This document shows, piece by piece, positions 29,194 through 39,645 of a stretch of DNA of 64,000 bases (position 1 is its first letter; every line of letters starts with the position of its first letter). Position numbers and translations under genes: made by a program. The notes under the pieces are model-generated. The model ran no database searches. It saw nothing but the letters and a program-made list of their open reading frames with translations, and was not told the origin of the DNA. Source of the stretch: Gaiellales bacterium (GTDB taxonomy: Bacteria; Actinomycetota; Thermoleophilia; RBG-16-64-13); assembly GCA_012719395.1 (NCBI GenBank), contig JAAYAL010000035.1:6084-70083 (forward strand). Reading direction: 5' to 3'.

Positions 29194-30216
29194 ATGGGCG
29201 TAGGCGGGAGCGATTCAAGGGAGGCTGCATTCGCCGGCGGGGCATGGGCCGGCGACGTGGTGCTCGAGGTCCGCGAGCTGTGCAAGGCCTACGTGAAGGG
29301 CAGGCTGGTCAATGACCACCTATCGCTGGCGCTGCATCGTGGTGAGGTCTTCGGGTTGCTCGGGCCCAACGGTGCGGGCAAGACCACCTTGGTGAGCCAG
29401 GTCATCGGTTTGGCAAAGCCGGACTCGGGCCGCATCACCCTGGAGGGGGTGGACATCGTGGCCCACCCGGACCACGCCCGGCGCCAATGCTCCTACCAGG
29501 CGCAGACGCAGGTGCCCATCAGCGGGCTCACTGCCAGGCAGGCCATCGAGTTGGTGGGCCGCGTGCGCGGCGGGAGAACGCGGTCGGTGCACGAGCGTGC
29601 GGGAGCGCTGCTGGACCGGCTGGAGATGGGCGAATGGGCGGGCCGGCGGGCGGAGACCTTCTCGGGAGGCATGCGGCGCTTGGTGGCCTTCTGCATGGCG
29701 GCAGTGGCTCCCGGCCGTATCGTCATTTTGGACGAGCCCACCAACGACATTGACCCCCTGCGCCGCCGGCTGTTGTGGCAGGAGGTGAGGGAGCTGGTGA
29801 ACATGGGCTCCACCGTGCTCCTGGTCACTCACAACGTTCTGGAGGCGGAGCGGGCGGTCGATCGGCTGGCCATCATGGACCGCGGCCGGGTGGTAGGGGC
29901 GGGCACCCCGGCGTCTCTCAAGGGAGAGGGCGCGGAGGGCATGCAACTGGAGGTGGTGGTGGAGCCGCGCGGGGAGCTGCCGCCACTGCCTCCCTTCCTC
30001 CATCACACCGTGGTCACCGGCCGTCGCGTCATCGGCCGGTTGGCGGAGAGGGAGGTGGGCTCTGCCATCCAGTGGGCCCGCGGGTTGAAGGAGAGCAATG
30101 CGGTGGAGGAGTACTCCATTGGTCCCCTCACGCTGGAGGATGTGTACCTGGGCGCGATCGGGCGGGGCGGTTCTCTGCAGGGGGAGGAGGTGCAGGATGA
30201 AGCAGATCCTGCGTAG
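29194..30216 (+). CDS. ABC transporter ATP-binding protein (ABC-2/DrrA-like)
   Basis: It has Walker A GPNGAGKTT, the signature FSGGMRRLVAF and Walker B IVILDEPTNDID, plus a C-terminal extension typical of ABC-2 exporters. Confidence 0.85.
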   Translation: MGVGGSDSREAAFAGGAWAGDVVLEVRELCKAYVKGRLVNDHLSLALHRGEVFGLLGPNGAGKTTLVSQVIGLAKPDSGRITLEGVDIVAHPDHARRQCSYQAQTQVPISGLTARQAIELVGRVRGGRTRSVHERAGALLDRLEMGEWAGRRAETFSGGMRRLVAFCMAAVAPGRIVILDEPTNDIDPLRRRLLWQEVRELVNMGSTVLLVTHNVLEAERAVDRLAIMDRGRVVGAGTPASLKGEGAEGMQLEVVVEPRGELPPLPPFLHHTVVTGRRVIGRLAEREVGSAIQWARGLKESNAVEEYSIGPLTLEDVYLGAIGRGGSLQGEEVQDEADPA

Positions 30217-30934
30217 CTACGCGCTCATGCTGAAGTGGCAGGCGCTGAGCAACAGGCCCCTGCTGCCGCTCAACATCGTGGTGCAGCTCATGATTGCCGC
30301 CGGCTTCGTTATCGGCATTGGCTTCTTCTACCCGGAGATCACCCCGGCCATGGCCAAATACCTGACCACGGGCGCACCCACCATCACCCTGCTTATGATC
30401 GGCCTGGTGCTGGTGCCGCAGGTGGTGGCCATGGGGCGGATGGCGGGTACTTTCGAGTATATGTGGTCGCTGCCGGTGCCACGGTTGGTGTTCGTGGCTG
30501 CGGACGCCACCATCTGGGTGCTGGTGTCGCTCCCGGGCGTCGTCCTCTCCCTGCTCATGGGTGCCGCCTACTACGACTTCAGTCTGCACATCCAGTGGCC
30601 GGCCATTCCCGCCATCCTGCTCATCTCCGTCACCGGCATCTCCGTGGGCTACTCCATCGCCCACGGAGCGCCCAACCCGCAGATGGCGAACCTCGCCACG
30701 CAGGTCATAGTCTTCAGCGTCATGATCTTCTCGCCGGTCATGTACCCCGTGGAGCAACTGCCCGGCTGGCTGCAGGCCGTGCACCGGGCGCTGCCGGTGA
30801 TGTACATGGCGGATCTGTCGCGCGGCACGCTCACCGACCTGGAGGTAGACCTGGGCCGGGCCTTCGCCGTGGTGGGGGCATGGTGCGTGGCCGGTGTCGT
30901 GGTCACGTCACTCCTCGTGCGCCGGCGGAATTAG
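30197..30934 (+). CDS. ABC-2 type transporter permease
   Basis: It is a six-TM hydrophobic protein. The start ATG 30197 follows GGGGAGGAGG and overlaps the ATPase gene by 20 nt. Confidence 0.75.
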   Translation: MKQILRSYALMLKWQALSNRPLLPLNIVVQLMIAAGFVIGIGFFYPEITPAMAKYLTTGAPTITLLMIGLVLVPQVVAMGRMAGTFEYMWSLPVPRLVFVAADATIWVLVSLPGVVLSLLMGAAYYDFSLHIQWPAIPAILLISVTGISVGYSIAHGAPNPQMANLATQVIVFSVMIFSPVMYPVEQLPGWLQAVHRALPVMYMADLSRGTLTDLEVDLGRAFAVVGAWCVAGVVVTSLLVRRRN

Positions 30935-31786
30935 CGCTCGGCGACGGGTGCCGCGGTGACCTCCTGCTCGCGATGACCCAGGGGGGCTGTCGTTGCCGCA
31001 TGTGCTTGCGTTCCGGGAGGCGCGATGAGCTTTGTCGGTGGCCCCCGGCTGCGTCAAGAGCAAGGGAGGCAACTCCTGGAAGCTATCTATCACCGCGTCG
31101 GCTACCGGGCTGGGCGGCCAATGCGAGTAGCCCGAGTACTGAATGGTATACAGCCCACGGGCGTGTGCCGGCTCGATATCGGTGGTGGGACGATCTCCCA
31201 CCATGGCGGCCTGCCACGGGGCGATGCCTTGCTCGGCCAGATCCTGTACCAGCACGTCATAGAGCGTGCCGTCACCCTTGGTGTGCCCACGGTAGCGCTC
31301 GTCCAGCAGTGCACCGCTGGCGATGTCGAGCTTGCCAAGTGGGGTGATGAGATAGCGGAAGAAGCGCCGGAGGTGATGAGCGCTCAGGAAGCGGAGGACG
31401 ATGTTCTGATCGAGAGGCCCCACCGTGCGTTTGAGTTCCGAGACCACATCCAGTACCAGTCCTGCATCGCGCAGCGCGGTCAGGGCCTGCCGCAGGTGGG
31501 CCCCCGTGCCCAGGAGCCTGGGCTCCGCCTCCATGAAGGCGAACTGCGCCTCCTCGTTTCCGTCCAAGACGTAGGAGAGGACCTCGTGTCGGTGGCCCTC
31601 CTTGACCGTGTAATACTCACCGTAAGTGTCGCGCAGTATGCGGTAGGCGCGTGCCCTGTCCGCCGCCAGTTCGGGTTGGCCCAAGGCCTTGCACGTGTCC
31701 CCCCAGAGCAGGGTATTGCGCAGGCCCGAAGGGTCCATGAGTGTCTCGCCGTAGTCAAAGCCGCACCAGCGCATGCGGTTTCTCAT
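30908..31786 (-). CDS. HAD-superfamily hydrolase-like protein
   Basis: It starts MRNRMRWCGFDYGETLMDP, a degenerate DxDGT motif I. A C-terminal motif MVGDRPTTDIEPAHARG is present. The SD is GGAGG. Confidence 0.55.
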   Translation of the reverse strand: MRNRMRWCGFDYGETLMDPSGLRNTLLWGDTCKALGQPELAADRARAYRILRDTYGEYYTVKEGHRHEVLSYVLDGNEEAQFAFMEAEPRLLGTGAHLRQALTALRDAGLVLDVVSELKRTVGPLDQNIVLRFLSAHHLRRFFRYLITPLGKLDIASGALLDERYRGHTKGDGTLYDVLVQDLAEQGIAPWQAAMVGDRPTTDIEPAHARGLYTIQYSGYSHWPPSPVADAVIDSFQELPPLLLTQPGATDKAHRASRNASTCGNDSPPGSSRAGGHRGTRRRALIPPAHEE

Positions 31787-32033
31787 GAACACGCCCTCCG
31801 CATCCTCATCGCCAGGCCGGCACAATGGTCTCGTGTTGGAAAAGGCGCACGGCCGCACGCAGCACCAGGTAGTCGGCCCCTGCCGGCCCCGCCGCCAATG
31901 CCGGCGCGCCCGGCAGCGTGAACCATACTACCCCAGTGACCTGCAGTGCAATGAGGGCAAGCACGGGCAGGACGACGAGGATCACCAGGTTCTGGGCGTT
32001 CTTGGAATCGCGGGCTCGGGAGGACCCAGATGA

Positions 32034-32795
32034 TGCTTCGAGCCGGCCTTCCTGGCCGCGAATGAGGTGGGTGGCGTCAACGGGCGGCAGATCATCACCA
32101 AGTCGTATCCGGGCGCTTCCACCACGGCCGACAAGGTGGCCAACACCAAGAAGCTCGTGGAGCAGGACCAGGTCTTCGGCCTGCTCAACTTCGGCGGCAT
32201 GCCGGTGGCCCTGGCGTTGAGTCCCTATGTGCGGGAGCAGAAGGTGCCCTATCTCTTCCCACACACCGGCGCCGGGCAGATGGACGAGCAGCGTTACATC
32301 TTCTCCTCCTTCCCGTACTATGAAGATGAATGCCGCTACATGCTGAGCTACCTGGTCAATGATCGCGGCTACCGCAAGCTGGCCATCGTCTACGCGGACA
32401 ACGTCTACGGCTACCTCTTCCGTGACGCGTTGCAGGCGCAGAGCGAGGCGCTGGGCTACGAGGTGGTGGCCTCCCAGGTGGTGAAGGACATGAAGCCCGC
32501 CACGCTGGCCACGGAGGTGGCGGCGCTGCAGGACACCGATCCCGATGCCGTGATCATGGCCCTCTACGTGGAGCAGGCCCAGAAGTTGTTGCAGCAGAAG
32601 GGCCTGGCCGGCTGGGAGGACGTGCAGATGGTGTCCACGGGGTCCCTGACGGACGCCAACACGCTGAATGTGGCCTGCGGCTATGGCGAGGGGACCATCG
32701 GGTTGGCCTTCTACCCCGATGCCGCCACCAGCATGGAGCCCGGTGTGGTGCAGTATCGAGAGCTGATGTCGCAGTGTCACCCGGGTAGGACGTGA
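32034..32795 (+). pseudogene. Fragment of branched-chain amino acid ABC transporter substrate-binding protein (LivJ/K family)
   Basis: The frame opens right after an in-frame stop at 32031. The translation begins mid-domain (AFLAANEVGGVNGRQIITKSYPGASTTADKVANTKKLVEQDQVFGLLNFGG). It has no signal peptide and no N-terminal ~60 aa, and ends prematurely. Confidence 0.55.
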
Positions 32796-32953
32796 AGGGC
32801 TCCATCGAGCCGGGCAAGCTGGCCGACTTCTGCATCCTGGACAAGGACATCATGACCATCGACCCGCATGACCTGACAGACACCGCGGTGCTCATGACCA
32901 TTGTGGATGGTGACATCGTCTATGACAACTCGCTGGGGGCCTTCACGCACTAG
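32789..32953 (+). pseudogene. C-terminal ~54-aa tail of an amidohydrolase-family enzyme
   Basis: The translation DVKGSIEPGKLADFCILDKDIMTIDPHDLTDTAVLMTIVDGDIVYDNSLGAFTH matches the conserved amidohydrolase C-terminus (GSIEVGKxADLVVLD...V..T.V.G..VY). No upstream catalytic domain is present, and it abuts the SBP fragment. Confidence 0.5.
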
Positions 32954-33002
32954 ACCCTGCTCAGTATTTGACCGAAGTGAGGGAGGAGTTGACCTGCCTC
33001 CC

Positions 33003-33278
33003 TCACTTCCTGCGCCGCAGAGAGCCGCCGGCGCCGCCCATGGTGACGAGGGCGATGACCGCGATGAGTAGGATTCGCAACCACAATGCCCACGGGTTCT
33101 CCCAGATCCAGATGGAGACCATCCAGGGCAGGAAGACGATCCAGACGATGATCTCCAGCACCAGAGGGAGCCCCTGGGCCCAGGTCATGATGTGGCTGAA
33201 CCACGTCGGTGTGGAGATCCAAATGGCGATGAAGGCGATCCAGAGTAGGGTGGCGAGCCCGGAGCCAGCGAATCCCAT
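33003..33278 (-). CDS. Small Trp-rich membrane protein
   Basis: MGFAGSGLATLLWIAFIAIWI... has 2-3 predicted TM helices. The ATG at 33278 is preceded by TGGGGGGA. Confidence 0.45.
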   Translation of the reverse strand: MGFAGSGLATLLWIAFIAIWISTPTWFSHIMTWAQGLPLVLEIIVWIVFLPWMVSIWIWENPWALWLRILLIAVIALVTMGGAGGSLRRRK

Positions 33279-33959
33279 GGTCCCCCCAATCCGCGCAAGC
33301 GACGATCGGCTTGCGACAATTCTACGCGTCAGGCGGGGGACAGACACGGTCGTCGCCGAAAGAGGTGCGCTCGCCCCGGGAGGGCAAGCCGGGAAGTGAA
33401 CAGCAAGGGAGGGAAGGCGCCCGCTTTCCGTCCCTTGCCGATGTGGCGAGACTGAGCCTACAGCTCGGATCAGCTACCTGCCGACATGCCTCCTGAGCTT
33501 GTCGACGTCCAAGCTCAGGGCCTTGGCCTTGCCACGTCTCTCCGCTCTCCACGTGATGGGGGCTCAGGCTTTGTCTGTCCGGGCGATGCGCATGATGACG
33601 GTTAGGTGACGATCCAGGAGACTGTGCCCTTCATGCCTCTGCATGCATCGCCCGGCACCAGCAGCCGAGCAACTGTCCCTGCGACCAACCCCACGATCAA
33701 CGCCCCTATCATCCGGGCTCCTCTCAGGTAGCTTGGTCCGCAGCCCAACCGTCCACTTCAGCCCGGTCCGGAACGGCACACCGGGGCTGTCACTTCCTGA
33801 GAGCACCGCGGGCGGGACGTTTTGTGGGGGCAATTCCGTTAAACGTCTCCAGACCGTAACAGCACAGAACTTGTGCTCGCGGTACCATGTGCCCGGCCCG
33901 TGGGGGTGGCGGGCCGGTGGAGTTGGATCACAGGCGCGTCTGAGGAGCGGCATCAGCGG

Positions 33960-35807
33960 GTGGTCAAGAGGCACAGTGAGTCACAGCCCCCCGTGCCTCA
34001 GGATGTCCTGTGGCGCGTCTTCGGCTATCGGGAATTCCGATCGCAACAGGAGGAGATCATCGGCCACGTGATGGCCGGGGCCGATGCCATCGTGCTCATG
34101 CCCACCGGGGGCGGCAAGTCACTCTGCTACCAGATCCCGGCGCTGCTGCGTCCCGGAACCGGCGTAGTGGTGAGCCCCCTCATCTCTCTCATGAAGGATC
34201 AGGTGGACGGCCTGCGGGCGGCAGGTGTGGCGGCGGCCACCCTCAACTCCTCTCTGCCGCCGGCCGAGGCGCGGCAGGTGCTGACCGCGTTGCAGCGGGG
34301 TGAGGTGGACCTGCTCTACGTATCGCCAGAGAGGCTCATGCTGGACGGCTTCCTGGAGAGACTGGATGTGACGCCGCTTGCCCTGGTTGCCATTGACGAG
34401 GCCCATTGTGTCTCGCAGTGGGGGCATGACTTCCGGCCCGAGTACGCCCGTCTGGGCCAGTTGCGCGAACGATTCCCGCACGTCCCCTTCCTGGCGCTCA
34501 CCGCTACCGCGGACGAGCACACCCGCCGGGATATCGGAACGCAGCTGGGGCTTTCCCAGGCCCGCCTTTTTGCCACCGGTTTCGACAGGCCCAACATCCG
34601 CTACCTGGTGGCTGAGAAACGCACCCCCTCGGCCCAGCTGAAAGGCTTTCTGCGACGCCATCCGGGGGAAGCCGGCATCGTCTACTGCCTGAGTCGCCGG
34701 CGGGTGGAGGAAGTGGCGGCCGGGCTCAGGGCGGGGGGGTTGAACGCAGGCCACTACCACGCGGGTATGGAGGCTACGGAGCGGAGCCTGGTGCAGGAGA
34801 GGTTCCAGCGGGATGAGCTGCAGGTCATAGTGGCCACCGTGGCTTTCGGGCTGGGCATCGACAAGTCCAATGTCCGCTTCGTCGTGCACTACGACCTGCC
34901 CAAGAGCCCGGAGGCCTACTACCAGGAAACGGGCCGCGCCGGTCGGGATGGGCTGCCCGCCGAGGCCCTGCTTCTCTTTGGATGGGGGGATGTGGCGACG
35001 GCGCGTGCCTTGATCCAGGCCGGAGGGAACCAGGAGCAGGTGCGCATAGAGTTGCACAAGCTCAACGCCATGGTGGGTATCGCCCAATCGGCCACCTGCC
35101 GCCGCCGCTCCCTGCTGGGGTACTTCGGCGAGGTCCTTCAGGAGGACTGCGGCAACTGCGACGTCTGCCTGGACCCGCCCCAGACCTACGACGCCACTGT
35201 GCAGGCTCAAAAGGCTCTGTCCTGTGTGTATCGGCTGGGCCAGGGCTTCGGCGCATCCCATGTGGTCGATGTGCTGCGGGGCGCACGGACGGAACGCATA
35301 CGGGCCCGAGGCCACGATGAGCTCTCCACCTACGGTGTGGGCGCGGAGACCGGGCGGGAGGAGTGGATGAGCGTGATGCGGCAGCTCATCCACCGGGGCT
35401 ATCTGCACCAGGACGTGGGCAACTACTCTGTGGTGCGGCTGACTTCGGCGGCACGCCGGGTGCTGCGCGGGGAGGAGACGGTCATGTTGGCCCGGCCCCG
35501 CTTCCAACCGCTTCCGCCCTCACCCGCCGCCACCGCCGACCCTGCAGCGGGCGGTAGGCCCGCCGCCCAGGGGGCGTGCGGCGGCGGCACCGGCGAGCAG
35601 CAGCTGTTCAACCGGCTGCGAGCCCTGCGGCGGAGGCTGGCCGAGGAGGCCGGTGTCCCAGCCTATGTGATCTTCTCCGATGCCACACTGTGGGAGATGG
35701 CCGCCCGGCGCCCGGCCAATGCGGAGGAGTTGCTCCAGATCAACGGCGTGGGAGCGAAGAAGCTGGAGAGGTACGCAGACGTCTTTCTGGCGGAGTTGCG
35801 CCTCTGA
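33960..35807 (+). CDS. recQ: ATP-dependent DNA helicase RecQ
   Basis: The translation carries [47 protein letters not shown], an RQC zinc motif (CGNCDVC) and a C-terminal HRDC domain. The true start is probably GTG ~33960 (after GAGGAGCGG). The track ORF begins at 33873. Confidence 0.85.
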   Translation: MVKRHSESQPPVPQDVLWRVFGYREFRSQQEEIIGHVMAGADAIVLMPTGGGKSLCYQIPALLRPGTGVVVSPLISLMKDQVDGLRAAGVAAATLNSSLPPAEARQVLTALQRGEVDLLYVSPERLMLDGFLERLDVTPLALVAIDEAHCVSQWGHDFRPEYARLGQLRERFPHVPFLALTATADEHTRRDIGTQLGLSQARLFATGFDRPNIRYLVAEKRTPSAQLKGFLRRHPGEAGIVYCLSRRRVEEVAAGLRAGGLNAGHYHAGMEATERSLVQERFQRDELQVIVATVAFGLGIDKSNVRFVVHYDLPKSPEAYYQETGRAGRDGLPAEALLLFGWGDVATARALIQAGGNQEQVRIELHKLNAMVGIAQSATCRRRSLLGYFGEVLQEDCGNCDVCLDPPQTYDATVQAQKALSCVYRLGQGFGASHVVDVLRGARTERIRARGHDELSTYGVGAETGREEWMSVMRQLIHRGYLHQDVGNYSVVRLTSAARRVLRGEETVMLARPRFQPLPPSPAATADPAAGGRPAAQGACGGGTGEQQLFNRLRALRRRLAEEAGVPAYVIFSDATLWEMAARRPANAEELLQINGVGAKKLERYADVFLAELRL

Positions 35808-35808
35808 G

Positions 35809-36363
35809 TCAGGGTATCGGGTCGAGCCGGCGCTGTGCCAGCGTCTCCGCCACCCGCCTGTACCTCTCGTGGATCAGGGAGCTGTCGAACTTCCGGAAAC
35901 GCTGCAGCATGTCCTCCTGCTCGTGGCGCGTGAAGTAGCCCAGGGCAGGCTTGAAGAATCGCCTGTCTTCCGTGGCGATGTGGGCCGGGTAGAGCGCAAC
36001 CAGCTCGGCCAGTGTGCCCTCGACAGGGGCAGCCACCCCCTCGCCGTCTGCGCCCAGCGCCGCCACGGCCTCCGCCAGACGGCCGGTGGCGGCCCGAGCC
36101 CGCTGGTGGTCCTCTAGGAGCGTCTGCATGATGCCGGCCAGTCCAGGCTCAATCTGCCTTTCTGCCAGGTCGGCGAAGAGGATGTCCTCCTCCTTGCCGT
36201 GGTGGGTGCGATCGGCATAGGTGCGGAGGAAGTCTATGATGGTGGCCAGGTAGGGAGGGTCAAGCGCAGAGCCTGCCCGCAGGCGGCTCAACTCAGCGCC
36301 CATGTCCTGGATCACCCGTTCTATGAGCCTATGCTCGATCATGAGTGGTCCTATGGGAAGCAT
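35809..36363 (-). CDS. Hemerythrin-like (HHE cation-binding) domain protein
   Basis: It starts MLPIGPLMIEHRLIERVI, and HHGKEEDILF is present. The ATG at 36363 is preceded by GGAGGAG. Confidence 0.65.
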   Translation of the reverse strand: MLPIGPLMIEHRLIERVIQDMGAELSRLRAGSALDPPYLATIIDFLRTYADRTHHGKEEDILFADLAERQIEPGLAGIMQTLLEDHQRARAATGRLAEAVAALGADGEGVAAPVEGTLAELVALYPAHIATEDRRFFKPALGYFTRHEQEDMLQRFRKFDSSLIHERYRRVAETLAQRRLDPIP

Positions 36364-36569
36364 TGCTTCTCCTCCGGGAGCACAGCATCTGCCAGCGGTG
36401 TACCCACATGGGCGGGCGAGCATGCAGCAACCAGAGCGAGGAAGCTGCACGAGGGGGTGAAGCTGCGCCCGTGTGCCTCGTGGAAGCACTCGTCTTGGGG
36501 ATGGGATTCTTTGTGAATGCTGCTCCGGGGTGCCTGGTGCGAGCCTCAAGATGGCGATATCCTCGGCTT

Positions 36570-36761
36570 ATGCCCGACGAGATCATGATCGAAGTCGAAT
36601 GCCCCGTCTGCGGACGGAAGATCAAGCGGCCGCTCTCCCGCCTGAGACGCAGGCCACAGCTTCAATGTCCCACGTGTTACCGCACCGTCGTCCCCTCGCT
36701 GGAGCTCTGGACCAGAGACCTGACCCCTCGTGCCGGCGATGACGCAGGGGAAGAGGAGTAG
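36570..36761 (+). CDS. Small zinc-ribbon protein (CPVCG...CPTC)
   Basis: MPDEIMIEVECPVCGRKIKRPLSRLRRRPQLQCPTCYRTVVP is 63 aa. It has a weak RBS. Confidence 0.3.
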   Translation: MPDEIMIEVECPVCGRKIKRPLSRLRRRPQLQCPTCYRTVVPSLELWTRDLTPRAGDDAGEEE

Positions 36762-36828
36762 CTCGGGTTTCTGTCATCGGCGCAGTCTAGACTGGATATC
36801 ACATCCTTGGTTCGGGCGGGAGGTTATT

Positions 36829-38175
36829 GTGGCCGTTACTCTCCTGGGTGCCACGTGCGTGCTTCTGGCGGTGGCCGTGGTGGTCCTGGCTGTCATGCTG
36901 GCCGGGCAACGCCGCTTCTCGGGAGCGGAGCAACGCGTGTTGGCCGACCTGGATGCGCTGGGCAGCGGCCAGGCGGAACTGGCGCGCGTCATGAGGGAGG
37001 AGGCGGGACAGAGTAGGCGGGAGGCGGCCTCGGCCGGCGCTGAGCTGCGCATGGAACTGGCGGAGACGCTGGCCCGGTCTGACCGCGCCCTGCAGGTGGC
37101 TCTCTCAGAGATCCGCGTGGACAACGAGCGACGTCTGGACCAAATGCGCGCTGTGGTGGAGGAGAAGCTCCAGGATACGCTGGAGCGCCGGCTGGGTGAG
37201 TCCTTTCGGCAGGTGGGGGAGCGCCTGGAGCGGGTGCATGAGGGCCTGGGGGAGATGCATGCCCTGGCCGCGGGCGTGGGGGATCTGAAGCGGGTGCTCA
37301 CCAACGTCAAGACCCGCGGCGGCTGGGGGGAGGTGCAGTTGGGAGCGCTGTTGGAGCAGATACTGGCTCCGCAACAGTACGGTGCCAACGTGGCCACCAA
37401 TCCCCTGAGCGCGGAACGGGTGGAGTTCGCCATCCGCCTGCCGGGCAACGGCTCAAGTGACGGCATCTGGTTGCCGGTGGATGCCAAGTTCCCACTGGAG
37501 GACTACCAGCGGCTTCTGGAGGCCGGCGAACGCTGTGACCAGGGGCAGGCGGAAGCGGCGGCCCGAGCGCTGGATCTCCGTATCCGGGCCTGCGCGCGGG
37601 ATATCAGGGACAAGTACCTCCATCCACCTTTCACCACGGACTTCGGCATCATGTTCCTGCCCAGTGAAGGCCTGTACGCGGAGGTGCTGCGGCGCCCGGG
37701 GTTGGCCGACTCGGTGCAGCGTGAGGCCAGAGTGGTGATTGCCGGCCCCACCACGTTGGCAGCTCTCCTCAGCAGCCTCCAGATTGGCTTTCGCACGCTG
37801 GCCATCGAGGAGCGCTCGGGGCAGGTGTGGGAGTTGCTGGGAGCTGTCCGTACCCAGTTCGGCCAATTCGGGGACCTGTTGGGCAAGGTGCAAAAGAAGC
37901 TCAACCAGGCGTCCGCCTCCATTGATGACGCCGCCCGCAAGAGCCGGGGCATCGAACGAAGGTTGCGGCAGGTGGAGCAGACTCCGGCGGGCGTTGCCCC
38001 CGGGAGGCAGGTGACCGCTCTTGGAGGGGAGGCGTGGCGCATGCCCCTGGAGGCTGAGGAGAAGGAAGCCGTAGGCGTCCAGGCAGTGGGTGACCCCGAG
38101 GGAACTGAGGGCCTTCAGCGTAGTTCGCGGTTTCGGGCGGAGGCTGAAGACCCAAGTGGGCCGGACTGCGCGTGA
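36829..38175 (+). CDS. rmuC: DNA recombination protein RmuC
   Basis: It has an N-terminal TM helix, then a long coiled-coil and a RmuC nuclease-like C-domain (GGWGEVQLGALLEQIL...FLPSEGLYAEVLRRPGL). The likely start is GTG 36829 after GGGAGG. The track ORF begins at 36730. Confidence 0.75.
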   Translation: MAVTLLGATCVLLAVAVVVLAVMLAGQRRFSGAEQRVLADLDALGSGQAELARVMREEAGQSRREAASAGAELRMELAETLARSDRALQVALSEIRVDNERRLDQMRAVVEEKLQDTLERRLGESFRQVGERLERVHEGLGEMHALAAGVGDLKRVLTNVKTRGGWGEVQLGALLEQILAPQQYGANVATNPLSAERVEFAIRLPGNGSSDGIWLPVDAKFPLEDYQRLLEAGERCDQGQAEAAARALDLRIRACARDIRDKYLHPPFTTDFGIMFLPSEGLYAEVLRRPGLADSVQREARVVIAGPTTLAALLSSLQIGFRTLAIEERSGQVWELLGAVRTQFGQFGDLLGKVQKKLNQASASIDDAARKSRGIERRLRQVEQTPAGVAPGRQVTALGGEAWRMPLEAEEKEAVGVQAVGDPEGTEGLQRSSRFRAEAEDPSGPDCA

Positions 38176-38226
38176 TCCCAAGGACTACCCGTCTGGCTCA
38201 TGCGAGAGCTCGGCTGCCGGGGGCGG

Positions 38227-39645
38227 TCAGTACTCCATTTCTTCCTGTGTTGCGCTGTGGAACCGTAGGTGCCGGTCGCGGAGACGGTCCTGCAGCAGGA
38301 CGTAGTCGTGCTTCTGGGCCACCTTGTGCTCTTGGTAAACGGCGGCAGCCTCACGGGCACAGCGGGGACAGGCTTGGATGGGAACGGAGACGCAGAAGGC
38401 GGAAGGCAGCGGGTTGTAGGCCTGTTCAGCCCGGGTGCTCAGCGTGATGAAACCGGGGCACTCCCGGCACAAGCGGACCAGTTCCTCTTGGTGCTCCTCA
38501 ATCATGTCCGTGTCGTAGAAGACCATGCGTTGCCGCCGGTAGTGGTCACCCAGCTTGGCCCGCGCCGCTTCCACCATTGGCTCCCGCTGGCGCCAGATGC
38601 CCAGCAGTTGGGAGACCACGCTTTCCAAGCCACGCTTCACTGATGGCTTCAGCGTGAACTTGTCCGGCGCCCAGTCCGGTTCAATGACGTGGCTGTAGTC
38701 CAGGCCGGCCATGGCTTGGATGATAGCGGTATTGACGTAGGGCAGGGCCGTCTCCACGGCGTAACCGCCTTCTAGAACGCAGAGGTCGGGGCGCAGTTTC
38801 TCGTTGAGGTGCGCGTAACCCTGTGCGGAGAAGCACATATTGGCCAGGGGGTCTGTGAAGTGGTTGTCCTGACCGGCGGAATTGAGAACCAGTTCGGGAG
38901 CGAAGTCGGCCAGAACGGGCAGTACCAGTTCGTCCAGTACGAAATGGATACCCTCATCCGGCGTCTCCGGGGGGAGGGGGATATTGATGGTGCGCCCCAG
39001 CGCGTTGGGGCCGCCCATCTCCTCCACGAAACCGGAGCCGGGGTAGAGGGTACGGCCGTCTTGGTGGAAAGAGATGAAGAGGACATCGGGGTCGTTCCAG
39101 TAGATGTCCTGCGTGCCGTCGCCGTGGTGGACATCGGTGTCCACGATGGCGATGCGCCTGTGCCCGTAGACCGTTCGCAGGTACTCCACCATCACGGCCA
39201 TGTTGTTGATGTTGCAGAAGCCGCGATTGCCGTGGACCACCCGCATGGCGTGGTGGCCGGGGGGGCGGACCAGGGCGAAGCCGTTGGCGATGTCCGCCTT
39301 CTCCAAGGCGTCGACCAGCACCAAGGTGCTGCCGGCGGCAATGCGGTGCGCCTCGGTGGACTGGGCTTCGATGGAGGGCACGCAGAAGTGGGCCCGGGCG
39401 ATGTCGTGGTGGTCGGCCAGCCGGGGGCGGTATTCCGCCAGTTGCGGGAGGTCGAGCAGACCCTCCTCAAAGATCTGGTCGCGGGTGTAGAGGAGACGCT
39501 CTTCCCGTTCGGGGTGAGTGGGGGAGATGGCCCAGTCGAAGGCCGGGAAGAAGATGAGCCCGGTAGGGCCGGCCGCGCGCCCGCGCCCTGAGGCGCCTGG
39601 GGCCGACCGGCTGTGAGCTGAATGCCGATCGGCGCTATTCGCCAT
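38227..39645 (-). CDS. Histone deacetylase / acetoin utilization (AcuC)-type deacetylase family protein with C-terminal extension
   Basis: The motifs RPPGHHA, DTDVHHGDGTQDIYW and SFHQDGRTLYPGSG are present. A ~130-aa Cys-containing C-terminal tail follows the deacetylase domain. Confidence 0.75.
   Translation of the reverse strand: MANSADRHSAHSRSAPGASGRGRAAGPTGLIFFPAFDWAISPTHPEREERLLYTRDQIFEEGLLDLPQLAEYRPRLADHHDIARAHFCVPSIEAQSTEAHRIAAGSTLVLVDALEKADIANGFALVRPPGHHAMRVVHGNRGFCNINNMAVMVEYLRTVYGHRRIAIVDTDVHHGDGTQDIYWNDPDVLFISFHQDGRTLYPGSGFVEEMGGPNALGRTINIPLPPETPDEGIHFVLDELVLPVLADFAPELVLNSAGQDNHFTDPLANMCFSAQGYAHLNEKLRPDLCVLEGGYAVETALPYVNTAIIQAMAGLDYSHVIEPDWAPDKFTLKPSVKRGLESVVSQLLGIWRQREPMVEAARAKLGDHYRRQRMVFYDTDMIEEHQEELVRLCRECPGFITLSTRAEQAYNPLPSAFCVSVPIQACPRCAREAAAVYQEHKVAQKHDYVLLQDRLRDRHLRFHSATQEEMEY

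Noticed and set aside
31773-32033. ORFs upstream of the SBP fragment as its missing N-terminus
   Set aside because: The translations are not SBP-like in any frame. The N-terminal part appears genuinely absent.
33350-33960. tmRNA / RNase P RNA / SRP RNA in the long intergenic regions (also 49440-49800)
   Set aside because: The conserved cores could not be found: GGAAAGUCCGGGCUCC (RNase P), UUCGACGGG...tag ORF (tmRNA), or GGAAGGAAGCAGC helix-8 (SRP). They are left as unclassified candidates only.
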